Shown: positions 1-9,510 of the stretch, piece by piece
Numbering within the stretch: the first letter of the stretch is position 1
Layout: every line of letters starts with the position of its first letter
Origin: Puniceicoccales bacterium
Lineage (GTDB): Bacteria; Verrucomicrobiota; Verrucomicrobiia; Opitutales; LL51
Direction of reading: 5' to 3'
Length of the DNA: 60,501 bases
Assembly (NCBI GenBank): GCA_031259665.1
Contig: JAIRLD010000035.1
Span: 1 to 60,501, forward strand
Notes under the pieces: generated by a model
Databases searched by the model: none
The model's input: only the letters and a program-made list of their open reading frames with translations
Told to the model about the DNA's origin: nothing
Made by a program: the position numbers and the translations under genes

Positions 1-205
1 CGCGCAAACCCTGCGCAAATTGCGCAGGGTTTGCGCGTCACTTAATTTTTCTTTTTTTAAATTAGCGGCCCCGCGGCGAAGCCGCGGGCCGGGCCTTTGG
101 CCCCTTGCGGATTGATCCAGTGGCGATGCCACTGGATCAATCCGCAAATCCAGGTCCAGGAGGCGGTGCCTCCTGGCGAGGATTCTAAGGGCGCGCAGCC
201 CTTAG
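1..205. repeat. Composite GC-rich multi-hairpin intergenic repeat, cluster R1 (cut by window edge)
   Basis: Perfect 37-nt palindrome at 1-37, then a T-rich spacer and hairpins at about 67-90 (cccgcggc-gaa-gccgcggg), 107-145, 156-176 and 185-205 (ctaaggg-N7-cccttag). The same modules recur in the same order at 4268-4765, 7503-7763 and 60355-60501, and inverted at 58805-59172. Confidence 0.85.
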
Positions 206-223
206 ACCCAAAAGGGAAAATTC

Positions 224-1321
224 TCAATACACATCCCGTTGGTAACGATTTTCTTCCTTTAATTGCTGCAGAAAATTCTCCGGTATATCCATACCCCCAT
301 AGCGATGGATGATTTCAAGTAATGCGCGCTCCACATCCTTCGCCATGTGAGCCGCCTCACCGCAGACGTAGAAATAGGCGCCATTGCGTAACCAATGCCA
401 AAGCTCCTCTCCCCGCTCGCGCATGCGATCCTGAACGTAGATCTTATAATCCTGATCGCGAGAAAATGCTAAATCCAAATACACCAGGTCGTCTGAAGCT
501 TGCCAATGTTCAAATTCTTCCCGATAGTAAAAGTTTGACGCCCGATACTGCTCGCCGAAAAATAACCAGTTCCGACCAACAATCTCCCCCCTTGCACGTA
601 AAACTGCCCGCTCCTGTAAAAACGCGCGGAAAGGTGCGATGCCCGTCCCCGGCCCAACCATAATAATGTCCTTCGAGCTATCCACGGGCAATTTAAACTT
701 CGAATGGGCAATGAACGCCGGTATGGGTTGACGCATGGATAATCGATGGCATAGATAGTGGGAAGCCACCCCATGGCGCTCCTGTTTTCTGAAATTTTCA
801 TAGCGAACGACGACGATCGCCAAATCCATACGATCCGCCCGTAGTGCCGTCGCCGAAGCGATGGAGTAAAGGCGCGGCTTCATTTTTTTGAGGAGAGGCA
901 GCAGCGCCTCCGCCGTCAACTTTACGGAGGGAAATAAATCGATCACATCGCACAAGGATGCCGTCTGCAGCGCATCCTCCGCGCGATACCGATCAAACAC
1001 ATCTCCGTCCTGGCCACCCAACTGCCCGCGAATGACTTCTAGAAAATGCTCGGTCAAATGCGTTACGCAGTACTGTTTCTGAAGCAGCTCCCGTAGCGCA
1101 ACGCCATTGAGTACTTGTCTGCCATCAATCCCCCAATGGACTAAAATTTTTTCGACCATACCCGGATCATTTTCCGGCCAAAACGCAGCCGAATCCCCAC
1201 ACCGATAATTGAAATCCTCACCAGAAGTCCGTTCAAAGGTAAGCTGAAAAGCCTCCTTCGAGCTACCCGATTGCGATAATAACTGTTTTCCCACCAACTG
1301 AAGCGTCAACGTGTCCTGCAT
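224..1321 (-). CDS. CysJ-like NADPH-dependent flavoprotein, FAD/NADPH-binding (FNR-type) domain only
   Basis: 365-aa ORF with an RLYSIAS FAD-binding motif, a GPGTGIAPFR NADPH-binding motif and the C-terminal RYQRDVY typical of sulfite reductase alpha/diflavin reductases. No flavodoxin domain is present. Confidence 0.8.
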   Translation of the reverse strand: MQDTLTLQLVGKQLLSQSGSSKEAFQLTFERTSGEDFNYRCGDSAAFWPENDPGMVEKILVHWGIDGRQVLNGVALRELLQKQYCVTHLTEHFLEVIRGQLGGQDGDVFDRYRAEDALQTASLCDVIDLFPSVKLTAEALLPLLKKMKPRLYSIASATALRADRMDLAIVVVRYENFRKQERHGVASHYLCHRLSMRQPIPAFIAHSKFKLPVDSSKDIIMVGPGTGIAPFRAFLQERAVLRARGEIVGRNWLFFGEQYRASNFYYREEFEHWQASDDLVYLDLAFSRDQDYKIYVQDRMRERGEELWHWLRNGAYFYVCGEAAHMAKDVERALLEIIHRYGGMDIPENFLQQLKEENRYQRDVY

Positions 1322-1322
1322 A

Positions 1323-3077
1323 CTAGTGGTCCAAAATATTCATCGTTACCGAATGATCCTCTTCCTTCGTTGTCTTATTTCCCAATTCGTCAACCTCATT
1401 TTTAATTCCATCGTCAAAATCTTCCCCGTTCGTCGTCTTACTCTCTGATTCGTCAGCCTCACGCTCTTCCCCATCGCTAAAATTGCTATCCTCAACCAAT
1501 GGAGAAACAATGTTATCGTCTGGAGCCGCTAAGGTCGTCGTTTGTGCAATACTGAGCGTCCCATCGGATAATTTTTCAACCGCCGTTTCCATTTTTTCTA
1601 ACGGAATGATAGACCGTTCAACTGACTTCACTGCCACCCATTCGCCTACTTTAGCAGCATGAGGAAAAATTTTAGGATTTAACAATAACGTTCCATTGTC
1701 GTAATGGACGACGTATCCCTCGCGAATGAGCCAATCTAATCCCTCCAAAACTTCTTTTTCCGGAAGATGATTTGCTTCGATGTAGTCCCTTTGTAGGGTC
1801 GGCAATGTGATCGTTTCGCAGGATTCTAAAAAGTCAATCAGCGCTTGAATACTCGCTTCAAACACATCACTCTCCGTACGGAATTTTCGCTTGGCCGCAC
1901 AAACATAAGAAATTCCTTCCTTACCTTTCCGATACATGCTGAATCCAGCTCGGCGAAAACCGTAGCGCAAATTACTCGCCGTATCGAAGGGAAAGTTCCG
2001 TTGGCGTTGGAGGAAAAATTGGATCGCATGTACGATGGCCCGGGATGGCATCGACTCGAAGGCCGTTCCTGCAATGCGAATGGTCGTCACCTCCCGAAGA
2101 ATTCGATCCTTAAAGTGCTGCAAAAGATAGTTTTTCGCCCCATCTAGCGAATCGCGGGGTGTTAAATCTGTCACCGTCTCGTCGATCACTTTGGGCACAT
2201 AGGTCACCCGACGACTCATTTGCTGAATCCAATTCTGAATATCGCTCTCCTCCTTCGTTGTCTCGATCTTAGCAATAAACCGCTCGAATGGTACCGAATG
2301 AATTTCCGATTCAAAATGGGCACGTAGAATTGCCCGATACCGGTGGTAATTGGGAGCGGAAAGCAACTTTTTAGTGATACCGCAACGGTGTACACAGGTA
2401 AATCGCCCCTTGGGTGCTTCGACGACCTCCTCTACTACGTCGAAAAACTCTTCGATATGATGCTGCAAAATGTAAGCCATTGCCTCGTGCTCCGAAGAAA
2501 ATATCCAATCGTCCAATAGCGATAGATAGAGCGGTAAACGAACCCCTTCCCGATCTGGCCTCCGGCGCACCGCCGCCACAAAACGCTCCGGTTTCTGTAA
2601 AATTAATCGCGCTACCGCAAAAAGTTCATAGGTCTTGCAACTCTTTCGCATCTCGTCGATCAACAAATTGAACGACGCATCCTCCTGATAAAATTGTACC
2701 TCAAATGGAGGGAGTATGACTCTACTTTCGTGCCTCCGATTCTCAAAACGATGACTGCGACGCTCTCCGGACGGACGCCCTTCCCCTTCGCGAGACTCAC
2801 GGACATCGAAAACCACCGGCTGAATGCGATCGGAAGTGCGATCGGAAGTGCTACGTCGCCTTACCGGACGACGCTTCAGAAATCCGCGATTGGAACGCGG
2901 TGCCGATTCACTCTGACTCCAACGCGTACCAAATGTTAACCCAGCTAAATCCTTTAGATCACCCAAAATCGTCCCATCCGGAACGGTCGAATCTCCACCG
3001 ATTACGGAATTTCCCTCTCCAAACTGCTCCGCCGGTGCGAACGCGTCTTCCTCTAAAAATGTTTCATTTTCACTCAT
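1323..3077 (-). CDS. Hypothetical protein (Arg-rich N-terminal third, acidic C-terminal tail)
   Basis: 584-aa ORF whose stop lies 1 nt from the start of the CysJ-like gene, suggesting co-transcription. I recognise no family motif. Confidence 0.6.
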   Translation of the reverse strand: MSENETFLEEDAFAPAEQFGEGNSVIGGDSTVPDGTILGDLKDLAGLTFGTRWSQSESAPRSNRGFLKRRPVRRRSTSDRTSDRIQPVVFDVRESREGEGRPSGERRSHRFENRRHESRVILPPFEVQFYQEDASFNLLIDEMRKSCKTYELFAVARLILQKPERFVAAVRRRPDREGVRLPLYLSLLDDWIFSSEHEAMAYILQHHIEEFFDVVEEVVEAPKGRFTCVHRCGITKKLLSAPNYHRYRAILRAHFESEIHSVPFERFIAKIETTKEESDIQNWIQQMSRRVTYVPKVIDETVTDLTPRDSLDGAKNYLLQHFKDRILREVTTIRIAGTAFESMPSRAIVHAIQFFLQRQRNFPFDTASNLRYGFRRAGFSMYRKGKEGISYVCAAKRKFRTESDVFEASIQALIDFLESCETITLPTLQRDYIEANHLPEKEVLEGLDWLIREGYVVHYDNGTLLLNPKIFPHAAKVGEWVAVKSVERSIIPLEKMETAVEKLSDGTLSIAQTTTLAAPDDNIVSPLVEDSNFSDGEEREADESESKTTNGEDFDDGIKNEVDELGNKTTKEEDHSVTMNILDH

Positions 3078-3235
3078 TTTAACCGAACCTTACTAAAACT
3101 TTCCACACATACTTCACCGTCCCTAATCTTTTCAATTACCCGTTCCAATGCCATTCGAACAATACTCCTCATTAAAAAGTCAGGAACAGCACTAATGATC
3201 TTATCTCCTTTAGCAACTCAATTTTTGACGATTTT

Positions 3236-4213
3236 TCAAACAATTCTTTCCACTAACATTTGCGTTTCGAGTCCCGGAAAGCGTTCGGAAAAAATTTGTG
3301 ATTCCGGAGTAGAATTGAGGAGATGGGTAACCATACCCATTTTGGCGTCCAAATTATCGATTAGAGAAACAAAAATTGCCTCGGGCGTCGCCGGTAGAAC
3401 GGCCGCACCATATTCCAATTGGCCCTGATGGCTGAGAATGATATGTTCGAGGCGTTCAAGCCAATTGGGATCGAGTTCATTTTTAATCCCAGCACGGCGA
3501 ACGATCCGATAACCGAGGACGATATGCCCCTGTAAGTTACCTATTTTGGTTCGCGAAACGGCGAGGTCGCCCTCGTATTCGTCCACCTTGCCCACATCGT
3601 GCAATAGCATGCCCGCTAGGGCAAGATCACTGGGAATATCCGTGTAAAATTTCAACAGCGCAACCCCCGCACGCGTCACATGTACCGTATGTTCGAGTAA
3701 TCCGGATTTATAGGCGTGGTGCATGGATTTTGCCGCAACACTCGTAAAAAACTTATCGCCAAGTTCCTCGAGAACCGCATGGACAGTATTTTTAAGTTGT
3801 GGATTCTGAATGCTTTCGACATAGGTATAGAGTTCCACCTTCAAGTCCTGAGGATCTTCCGCGGTTGTTTGTTCCAACTGGGCATACCAGTTACCCGCCT
3901 GAATTTCTTTATCCGACAGTCTACGAGTAGAGAGAATATCGGGACTAAAAGTGCCTTGGTAGTAGCGGCTCATACCTTCGATGAAAATGATATCGCCGGG
4001 AGTACTCGCTTGGAAAAAGTTAAAGGTGGATGTATTAGAAAAACTAGTAAAACTAAAGGAAGAGAACTTATCGCCGACTTCGATTCTGAGGAATTCGGAA
4101 CCATTTTTAGCATTTCTCCGTTCGATTTTTTTGATAACGACGATGGATTTAAAAACCACCGTTTGACCTTCGGGGATCGTTTTAAGTTCGAGAGTATTTG
4201 AAAATTTTTCCAT
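3236..4213 (-). CDS. yhaM: YhaM-like 3'-5' exoribonuclease (OB-fold plus HD domain)
   Basis: 325 aa with an N-terminal OB-fold-like segment (VVIKKIERRNAKNGSEFLRIEVGD) and an HD-domain signature (HTVHV...LLHDVGK). Length and architecture match YhaM. Confidence 0.7.
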   Translation of the reverse strand: MEKFSNTLELKTIPEGQTVVFKSIVVIKKIERRNAKNGSEFLRIEVGDKFSSFSFTSFSNTSTFNFFQASTPGDIIFIEGMSRYYQGTFSPDILSTRRLSDKEIQAGNWYAQLEQTTAEDPQDLKVELYTYVESIQNPQLKNTVHAVLEELGDKFFTSVAAKSMHHAYKSGLLEHTVHVTRAGVALLKFYTDIPSDLALAGMLLHDVGKVDEYEGDLAVSRTKIGNLQGHIVLGYRIVRRAGIKNELDPNWLERLEHIILSHQGQLEYGAAVLPATPEAIFVSLIDNLDAKMGMVTHLLNSTPESQIFSERFPGLETQMLVERIV

Positions 4214-4267
4214 ACATTAAAAAAAAGGGAAAAAATAAGAGAAGCAAACCAGAAAATTAGTATAAGT

Positions 4268-4765
4268 CCGCTCCGGCTGCCCAGAGGGTTGCGGGAGTCC
4301 AGAAGGCGGAGCCCTCTGGACTCCCGCAAGGAGGCTGTTTGTGGGGCTCCGCCCCATACCCCGCAAGGAGTCACAGACTCCTTGCCCTCCTTTGGCGGCC
4401 GGCCCTCGTCGCAGTCTGCGACGAGGGCCAGCCGCAAGGTCAAGTTTTTTCTCTTAGTTACGCGCTATCCCTGTACAATTTATACAGGGATAGCGCGTAA
4501 ATTAATCTTTTTTTTCTTTTTCAGGCCTGCCCCGCGGCGTAGCCGCGGGGCAGGCCTTTGGGCCCTCTGCGGTTTGATCCAGTGGCATCGCCACTGGATC
4601 AAACCGCAAGGGTCCAAAGGACCAGCCCGGCACTTCGTGCCGGGCTGACTTTTTTTATGTATATTTTTATGCGCAATCTGAGCGCAATTTGCGCTTAGAT
4701 TGCGCAGTTAAAAAAAAGATCAAGCTGCGCGCAAACTCTGTACAAATTACACAAGGTTCGCACAG
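4268..4765. repeat. Composite multi-hairpin repeat, cluster R2 (most complete copy)
   Basis: Ordered hairpins include caaggagtc-aca-gactccttg, ggccctcgtcgc-agt-gcgacgagggcc, a palindrome at 4458-4500, gcctgccccgcggc-gta-gccgcggggcaggc and one at 4569-4607. It continues with agcccggcac-ttc-gtgccgggct, a palindrome at 4670-4706 and a degenerate palindrome near 4727-4763. Confidence 0.85.
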
Positions 4766-4946
4766 CCAAAGAACAACCCAAAAATGGCTGAGTTTATGCG
4801 CAATGCGCAAAAACTCGACTAACAATTGGCCTTGGAAGAAAAACAACCGTTGTCAAATCGCCTTTTGAAAAAACAATTGGAGAAAAAATTTAAATCTTTG
4901 CATTTTTCGCTTGATATAAATTATAGATTCTTAAAATGTATAGATT

Positions 4947-5831
4947 ATGTCAATGCGTAAATATATTAACAGAGTAAGCAGTAAGCCAGCTAATGTCAAG
5001 CTAAAAAATAAAAAATCTTTCACCCTACTCGAAGTCGTCTTCACGATCACAATCATCGGTATCTTATTAGCTATTTTTTTGCCCGTAATGAGTGCAATCA
5101 AACTCAACGCCCAAAAACTAAAAGATACTGCCAATCTGAAAAAAATTGCAACAGCCTGGTACGAATATGCGGTAAATCAAGGCAATTCTATGGATCTTAG
5201 GGAAACCAGTCCAAAAGACGAATGCTCGGATTACGGTATATGGTTTGCTCTGTCTCTGGCTGGCTGTGCCCAAACAACCGGCAAATTCCATCGATCAAAA
5301 AGCTTCTTAAATGACCCTAATGCATACGTCTCACCAAGCGATAAATACGCCTCCGAAGTAGTTAGCGAATATATCGCACGCGGTTCGGATAATACGGAAG
5401 AAAGTGACTTAATATATAATTTCGGCTGGAATCACAAAAATAATGATTTTAATGCCGAAAATGATACCGCTACGTCAAACGCTAAATTCTTTTTTAGCTA
5501 CTGTACCATCGGTAACCTCGATGCTTCTGTTCCTCTCGTAACCACCCCTCTTGCCTTTACGCGCGGGTTAAAGTCTAATGGCACTTGGGATGAAAAATAT
5601 GGACTCTATGGCTCAAAAGGCGGCTATGTCGTCTTTTGCGATGGTCATATAACCTGGTTTGATGGTAGTAAACCAGCAAAATTTCTTCATTGGAATGGGG
5701 AACAATATACAACAGATATTCGACAAGCAATACCAAATGTAGCAAAAATCGGCAATGGAAGCGTACAAACTTCACTAACTGGACAATATGATAATATAGT
5801 TATCTGGGGAAACGGTACCGGTGGTGACTAA
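4947..5831 (+). CDS. Prepilin-type N-terminal cleavage/methylation domain protein (type II secretion/type IV pilin-like, PVC-style)
   Basis: The N-terminus KKSFTLLEVVFTITIIGILLAIFLP matches the class III signal/methylation motif. The C-terminal GGYVVFCDGHITWF resembles the conserved 'F-x-DG-H/S-V' end of DUF1559-type pseudopilins. Confidence 0.75.
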   Translation: MSMRKYINRVSSKPANVKLKNKKSFTLLEVVFTITIIGILLAIFLPVMSAIKLNAQKLKDTANLKKIATAWYEYAVNQGNSMDLRETSPKDECSDYGIWFALSLAGCAQTTGKFHRSKSFLNDPNAYVSPSDKYASEVVSEYIARGSDNTEESDLIYNFGWNHKNNDFNAENDTATSNAKFFFSYCTIGNLDASVPLVTTPLAFTRGLKSNGTWDEKYGLYGSKGGYVVFCDGHITWFDGSKPAKFLHWNGEQYTTDIRQAIPNVAKIGNGSVQTSLTGQYDNIVIWGNGTGGD

Positions 5832-5920
5832 AAAAATACTTATAAATGTTATGTTTTTTGCGAAAATATAAATTATTGTCATTTTTTTATATACCGCCCA
5901 CCTCATTCTTTACATAAATA

Positions 5921-7438
5921 TCAAAACAATTTCCTATCCAGGGATCGATAATGGATGGCCTCCAGTAAATGCCTTTCCGAAATATTTTCCGCTTCCTCTA
6001 AATCTGCAATCGTCCGCGCCACCTTCAATATGCGATCGTGAGCCCGTGCCGATAAGCCTAACGTCTCTATCGCCGATGTTAAAAGTAATTCACAGGCTCC
6101 ACCTAAAGAACAGTACTCCCTCAAATCTCCCTGGCTCATCTTCGCATTCGTAAAATTATTGGCCCGTTTTCGCCGCTTTTGAACCTCCCGAGCCCTAATT
6201 ACCCGCCCCCGTATTACCGCAGAATTCTCCGCCGGCTGTTGATAACGCAATTCCGATGTGTCAATCGGACGCACATCGACGTGAAGATCGATGCGATCCA
6301 ATAATGGCCCACTAATCTTCGAACGGTAACGCTGAATCTGTCCCGGTGAACAAAGACACTCCCGCTTCGAATCTCCTAAAAGTCCACAAGGACACGGATT
6401 CATCGCCGCTATTAACATGAAAGAACAAGGAAATTGTACCTTCGCCGCACTGCGCGATATGGCAATAAATCCGTCCTCCAAAGGCTGTCGCAATACCTCT
6501 AACGTCGATCGCCGAAATTCCGGTAGCTCATCCAAAAATAATACACCATTGTGCGCTAAAGAAATTTCCCCGGGTATCGGATATTTCCCTCCCCCCAGTA
6601 ACCCAACGTCGCTAATCGTGTGATGCGGCGCCCGGAATGGTCGCCTAACTTCCCCAATCGAATTCACTCTCTGACACGAAGAGTATATGGATAAAATCTC
6701 TAAAAATTCCTCCAACGTCGGCGTCGGCATAATCGTCGGTATACGCTTCGCAATCATCGACTTCCCAGATCCCGGCGTCCCAACCATCAGTAAATTATGC
6801 CCACCCGCTACGGCAACTTCTACCGCCCTCCGTAACGCTTTTTGTCCCTTTACATCGGAAAAATCAACGTCAAAATAACGCTCCATCATCTCTACCGTAA
6901 ATCGCATATTCATCTTCGATAACACTACCTCATGGGACAAAAATTGAACGACCTCCTCCAAAGAGTTCGCCGCGAAAATCTCAATGTCATGAACAAAAGC
7001 TGCCGTCTCCGCAGAAACCTTCGGCAAAATTAACTTCTTACGATATTTTCTCGCCTGCATGGCTAAAGCAATACATCCCGCAATGGGTAGCAATTCCCCA
7101 GATAAATTCAATTCCCCAGCAATGATAAAATCATTCAAATCAGGTAAATTTGCTTGCCCCGTGCTCTTAATCACCCCTAACGCTATCGGTAAATCGTAAA
7201 TCGGTCCCTCTTTTCGTAAATTCCCCGGCGATAAATTGACAACAGTACGCGTCTTTGGCATCAAAAATCCATTGTTCATCAGCGCAGAACCTACACGATC
7301 CTGCGATTCTTTAACCGCTGCATCCGGTAGCCCAACGGTGATAAATCGGGGCTCCCCAGGCAATCCCGTATTAACTTCAACTAAAATGGGTATACTTTCA
7401 ATGCCAACAACCGCTCCAGAATGAACCTTCGATAACAT
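5921..7438 (-). CDS. comM: YifB/ComM family Mg-chelatase-like AAA+ ATPase
   Basis: 505 aa with an N-terminal Lon-protease-like ChlI domain ([18 protein letters not shown]), a Walker A motif (GTPGSGKS), a Walker B motif ([11 protein letters not shown]) and a C-terminal Mg-chelatase domain. Confidence 0.9.
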   Translation of the reverse strand: MLSKVHSGAVVGIESIPILVEVNTGLPGEPRFITVGLPDAAVKESQDRVGSALMNNGFLMPKTRTVVNLSPGNLRKEGPIYDLPIALGVIKSTGQANLPDLNDFIIAGELNLSGELLPIAGCIALAMQARKYRKKLILPKVSAETAAFVHDIEIFAANSLEEVVQFLSHEVVLSKMNMRFTVEMMERYFDVDFSDVKGQKALRRAVEVAVAGGHNLLMVGTPGSGKSMIAKRIPTIMPTPTLEEFLEILSIYSSCQRVNSIGEVRRPFRAPHHTISDVGLLGGGKYPIPGEISLAHNGVLFLDELPEFRRSTLEVLRQPLEDGFIAISRSAAKVQFPCSFMLIAAMNPCPCGLLGDSKRECLCSPGQIQRYRSKISGPLLDRIDLHVDVRPIDTSELRYQQPAENSAVIRGRVIRAREVQKRRKRANNFTNAKMSQGDLREYCSLGGACELLLTSAIETLGLSARAHDRILKVARTIADLEEAENISERHLLEAIHYRSLDRKLF

Positions 7439-7502
7439 GTATCCATACCGCTAATATGTTTAAAAAATGTCAAGAAAAAATATTAAAATAATCTCAATGG
7501 TT

Positions 7503-7763
7503 TCGCCCTCTGGACTCCCCAAAGGAGGTTGCTGTGGGGCTCCGATTATCCAGGGGGGGGCTCCTCCCCCCTGACCCCACGCAAGGAGTCATGGCCTCCT
7601 TGACCTCATTTTGCGGCCGAGCCCTGCGCAAGTAAGCGCCGGGCTCGGCCGCAAGGTCAAGTTTATTTTAGTTAAGCGCAACTCCTGTGCAGTTTGCACA
7701 GGAGTTGCGCTTAACTTGATTTTTCTTTTTTAAATCAGCTGCCCCGCGACGCAGCCGCGGGGG
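7503..7763. repeat. Composite multi-hairpin repeat, cluster R3
   Basis: Contains caaggagtc-atg-gcctccttg, gcggccgagccc...gggctcggccgc, a palindrome at 7671-7713 (ttaagcgcaactcctgtgca-gtt-tgcacaggagttgcgcttaa), a T-rich spacer and ccccgcg...cgcgggg. Module order matches R2. Confidence 0.85.
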
Positions 7764-7962
7764 CTTCAAAAATATCCCCCTATTAGACTGCGTTATAATC
7801 GCAGAAATATTTTGATCCGTCAAGTATTCTTTTGATTTTTTCGATTTTCATGCCCTCCAAACTATTTCCCATCATCGACGAAACCTATGGACGCGAAAAA
7901 ATTTTTTAATCCAATAATCCAATTGCCAAAGGCGTTAAATCGTTTTTCCTTCGGCAAAGGTT

Positions 7963-9492
7963 ATGAAGAAATTTTATCTCACCACAGCCATCGATTATGC
8001 CAATGGACATCCACATATCGGCCACGCCTATGAGAAAATTTTGGCCGACGTAATTTGCCGGACAAAACGCTTACTCAACTATGACGTGCACTTCCTAACG
8101 GGCCTCGATGAACACGGACAAAAAGTCGAACAAACCGCTAAAAAACACGGTATTACCCCCCAAATACTCTGCGATTCCATTGCCCAAGAATTCATCGATA
8201 TGTGTACCTTTCTCCATATCTCCTACGACGATTATATCCGTACCACCCAGCCCCGCCATAAAGCGATTGTTCGGGACATTCTCCAAAAACTTTTCGACAA
8301 AAATGATATCTATAAAGCAGAATACACGGGATTTTATAGCACGCGCGTGGAACGATTTCTTCAGGAGAAAGATAAGGTGGATGGCGTTTGGCCGGAAAAC
8401 GAATTCGGTCAGGTCATGGAAATTACGGAGACGAATTATTTTTTCAAATTAAATCCCCATAAACAATGGCTCATCGATTACATCACCTCTCACGAGAATT
8501 TTATTTTCCCAAAATTTCGCGCCAAACAGGTGCTGGAATTTTTAAGGGAAGATATCAATGACCTCTGTATCTCACGCCCTAAAAACCGCCTTGCCTGGGG
8601 AATCGAATTGCCCTTTGATCCGGAATACGTAACCTATGTCTGGTTCGACGCCCTGATTAATTATATCTCCGCAGTGGGCTACGGCACGGAAAACTTCTCC
8701 GAATTTTGGCCAGTAGATTACCACGTCATTGGCAAAGATATTCTCGTCCCCGCTCACGCCATCTATTGGCCAATTATGCTCCATGCTCTCGATCTACCAA
8801 TGCCTAAAACGTTTCTAGCTCACGGTTGGTGGCTCTGTTCCGGAGAAAAAATGTCCAAAAGTGTGGGCAATGTGGTCGATCCGCTCGACTACGCTAAACA
8901 ATTTGGCCCAGATGCCTTCCGTTACTTCGTAATCCGTGAAATGACGGTTGGTCAAGATAGTGATTTTTCTCATGAACTCTTCCTGTCACGCTATAATAAT
9001 GATCTCGGTAATGACCTCGGTAATCTCGTAAGCCGAACTCATAATATGCTCCAACGCTACTGCAAAAACACTATTCCAAAAATTGCCCCATTGGAATCCC
9101 CGGAAAATGATCTGATTAACCTCTGGTCCAAAACCCGCGATAGTACACTCGATGCCTATGATCGACTCCAATTCCATACGGCATTAGAAGATATTTTCAC
9201 ATTCATAGGAGCTATTAACAAATTTTTAGAAATCCGTGCCCCCTGGAAACTCGCCAAATCTGATAAACCCAAAGATCGGGAACGCCTAGATACAGTACTG
9301 GCGGTTTCTTCCGAAGCAATCCGTCTAGCGGCAACGATCCTAGCTCCTATCTTACCTATTGTTTCTCAACAAATTCTTGAAATCTTTCAGGTCAAAGCAA
9401 TCGCTTGGGGGAAACAATTGGAATGGAATAATGAATATCTGTTCAATCGATCCCTCTCAGCAGACTCAATTATCCTCTTCCCAAGATTCTAA
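7963..9492 (+). CDS. metG: Methionyl-tRNA synthetase (short form, no C-terminal tRNA-binding domain)
   Basis: Class I HIGH motif (HIGHAYE), KMSKS motif and a typical MetG core and anticodon-binding region. It ends ...LFPRF. Confidence 0.95.
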   Translation: MKKFYLTTAIDYANGHPHIGHAYEKILADVICRTKRLLNYDVHFLTGLDEHGQKVEQTAKKHGITPQILCDSIAQEFIDMCTFLHISYDDYIRTTQPRHKAIVRDILQKLFDKNDIYKAEYTGFYSTRVERFLQEKDKVDGVWPENEFGQVMEITETNYFFKLNPHKQWLIDYITSHENFIFPKFRAKQVLEFLREDINDLCISRPKNRLAWGIELPFDPEYVTYVWFDALINYISAVGYGTENFSEFWPVDYHVIGKDILVPAHAIYWPIMLHALDLPMPKTFLAHGWWLCSGEKMSKSVGNVVDPLDYAKQFGPDAFRYFVIREMTVGQDSDFSHELFLSRYNNDLGNDLGNLVSRTHNMLQRYCKNTIPKIAPLESPENDLINLWSKTRDSTLDAYDRLQFHTALEDIFTFIGAINKFLEIRAPWKLAKSDKPKDRERLDTVLAVSSEAIRLAATILAPILPIVSQQILEIFQVKAIAWGKQLEWNNEYLFNRSLSADSIILFPRF

Positions 9493-9509
9493 GGGCGAGC
9501 AACCCTTAG
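9489..9509. terminator. Bidirectional hairpin between convergent metG and the translocator operon end
   Basis: ctaaggg-cgagcaa-cccttag contains the metG TAA stop (9490-9492). It ends 1 nt before the TGA (9511-9513) of the convergent ORF. It is the same hairpin module as 185-205 and (inverted) about 58824-58845. Confidence 0.6.
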
Positions 9510-9510
9510 C

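Noticed and set aside
97-312. 71-aa plus-strand ORF, and similar ORFs at 4289-4648, 3970-4443 and 58726-59007
   Set aside because: They are translated almost entirely from the GC-rich hairpin repeat clusters. Stop-poor frames are expected there, and they have no RBS or family resemblance.
7764-7962. T-box or other leader upstream of metG
   Set aside because: Only a TATAAT hexamer (near 7797) is visible. There is no specifier/T-box-like conserved sequence or convincing terminator/antiterminator pair.
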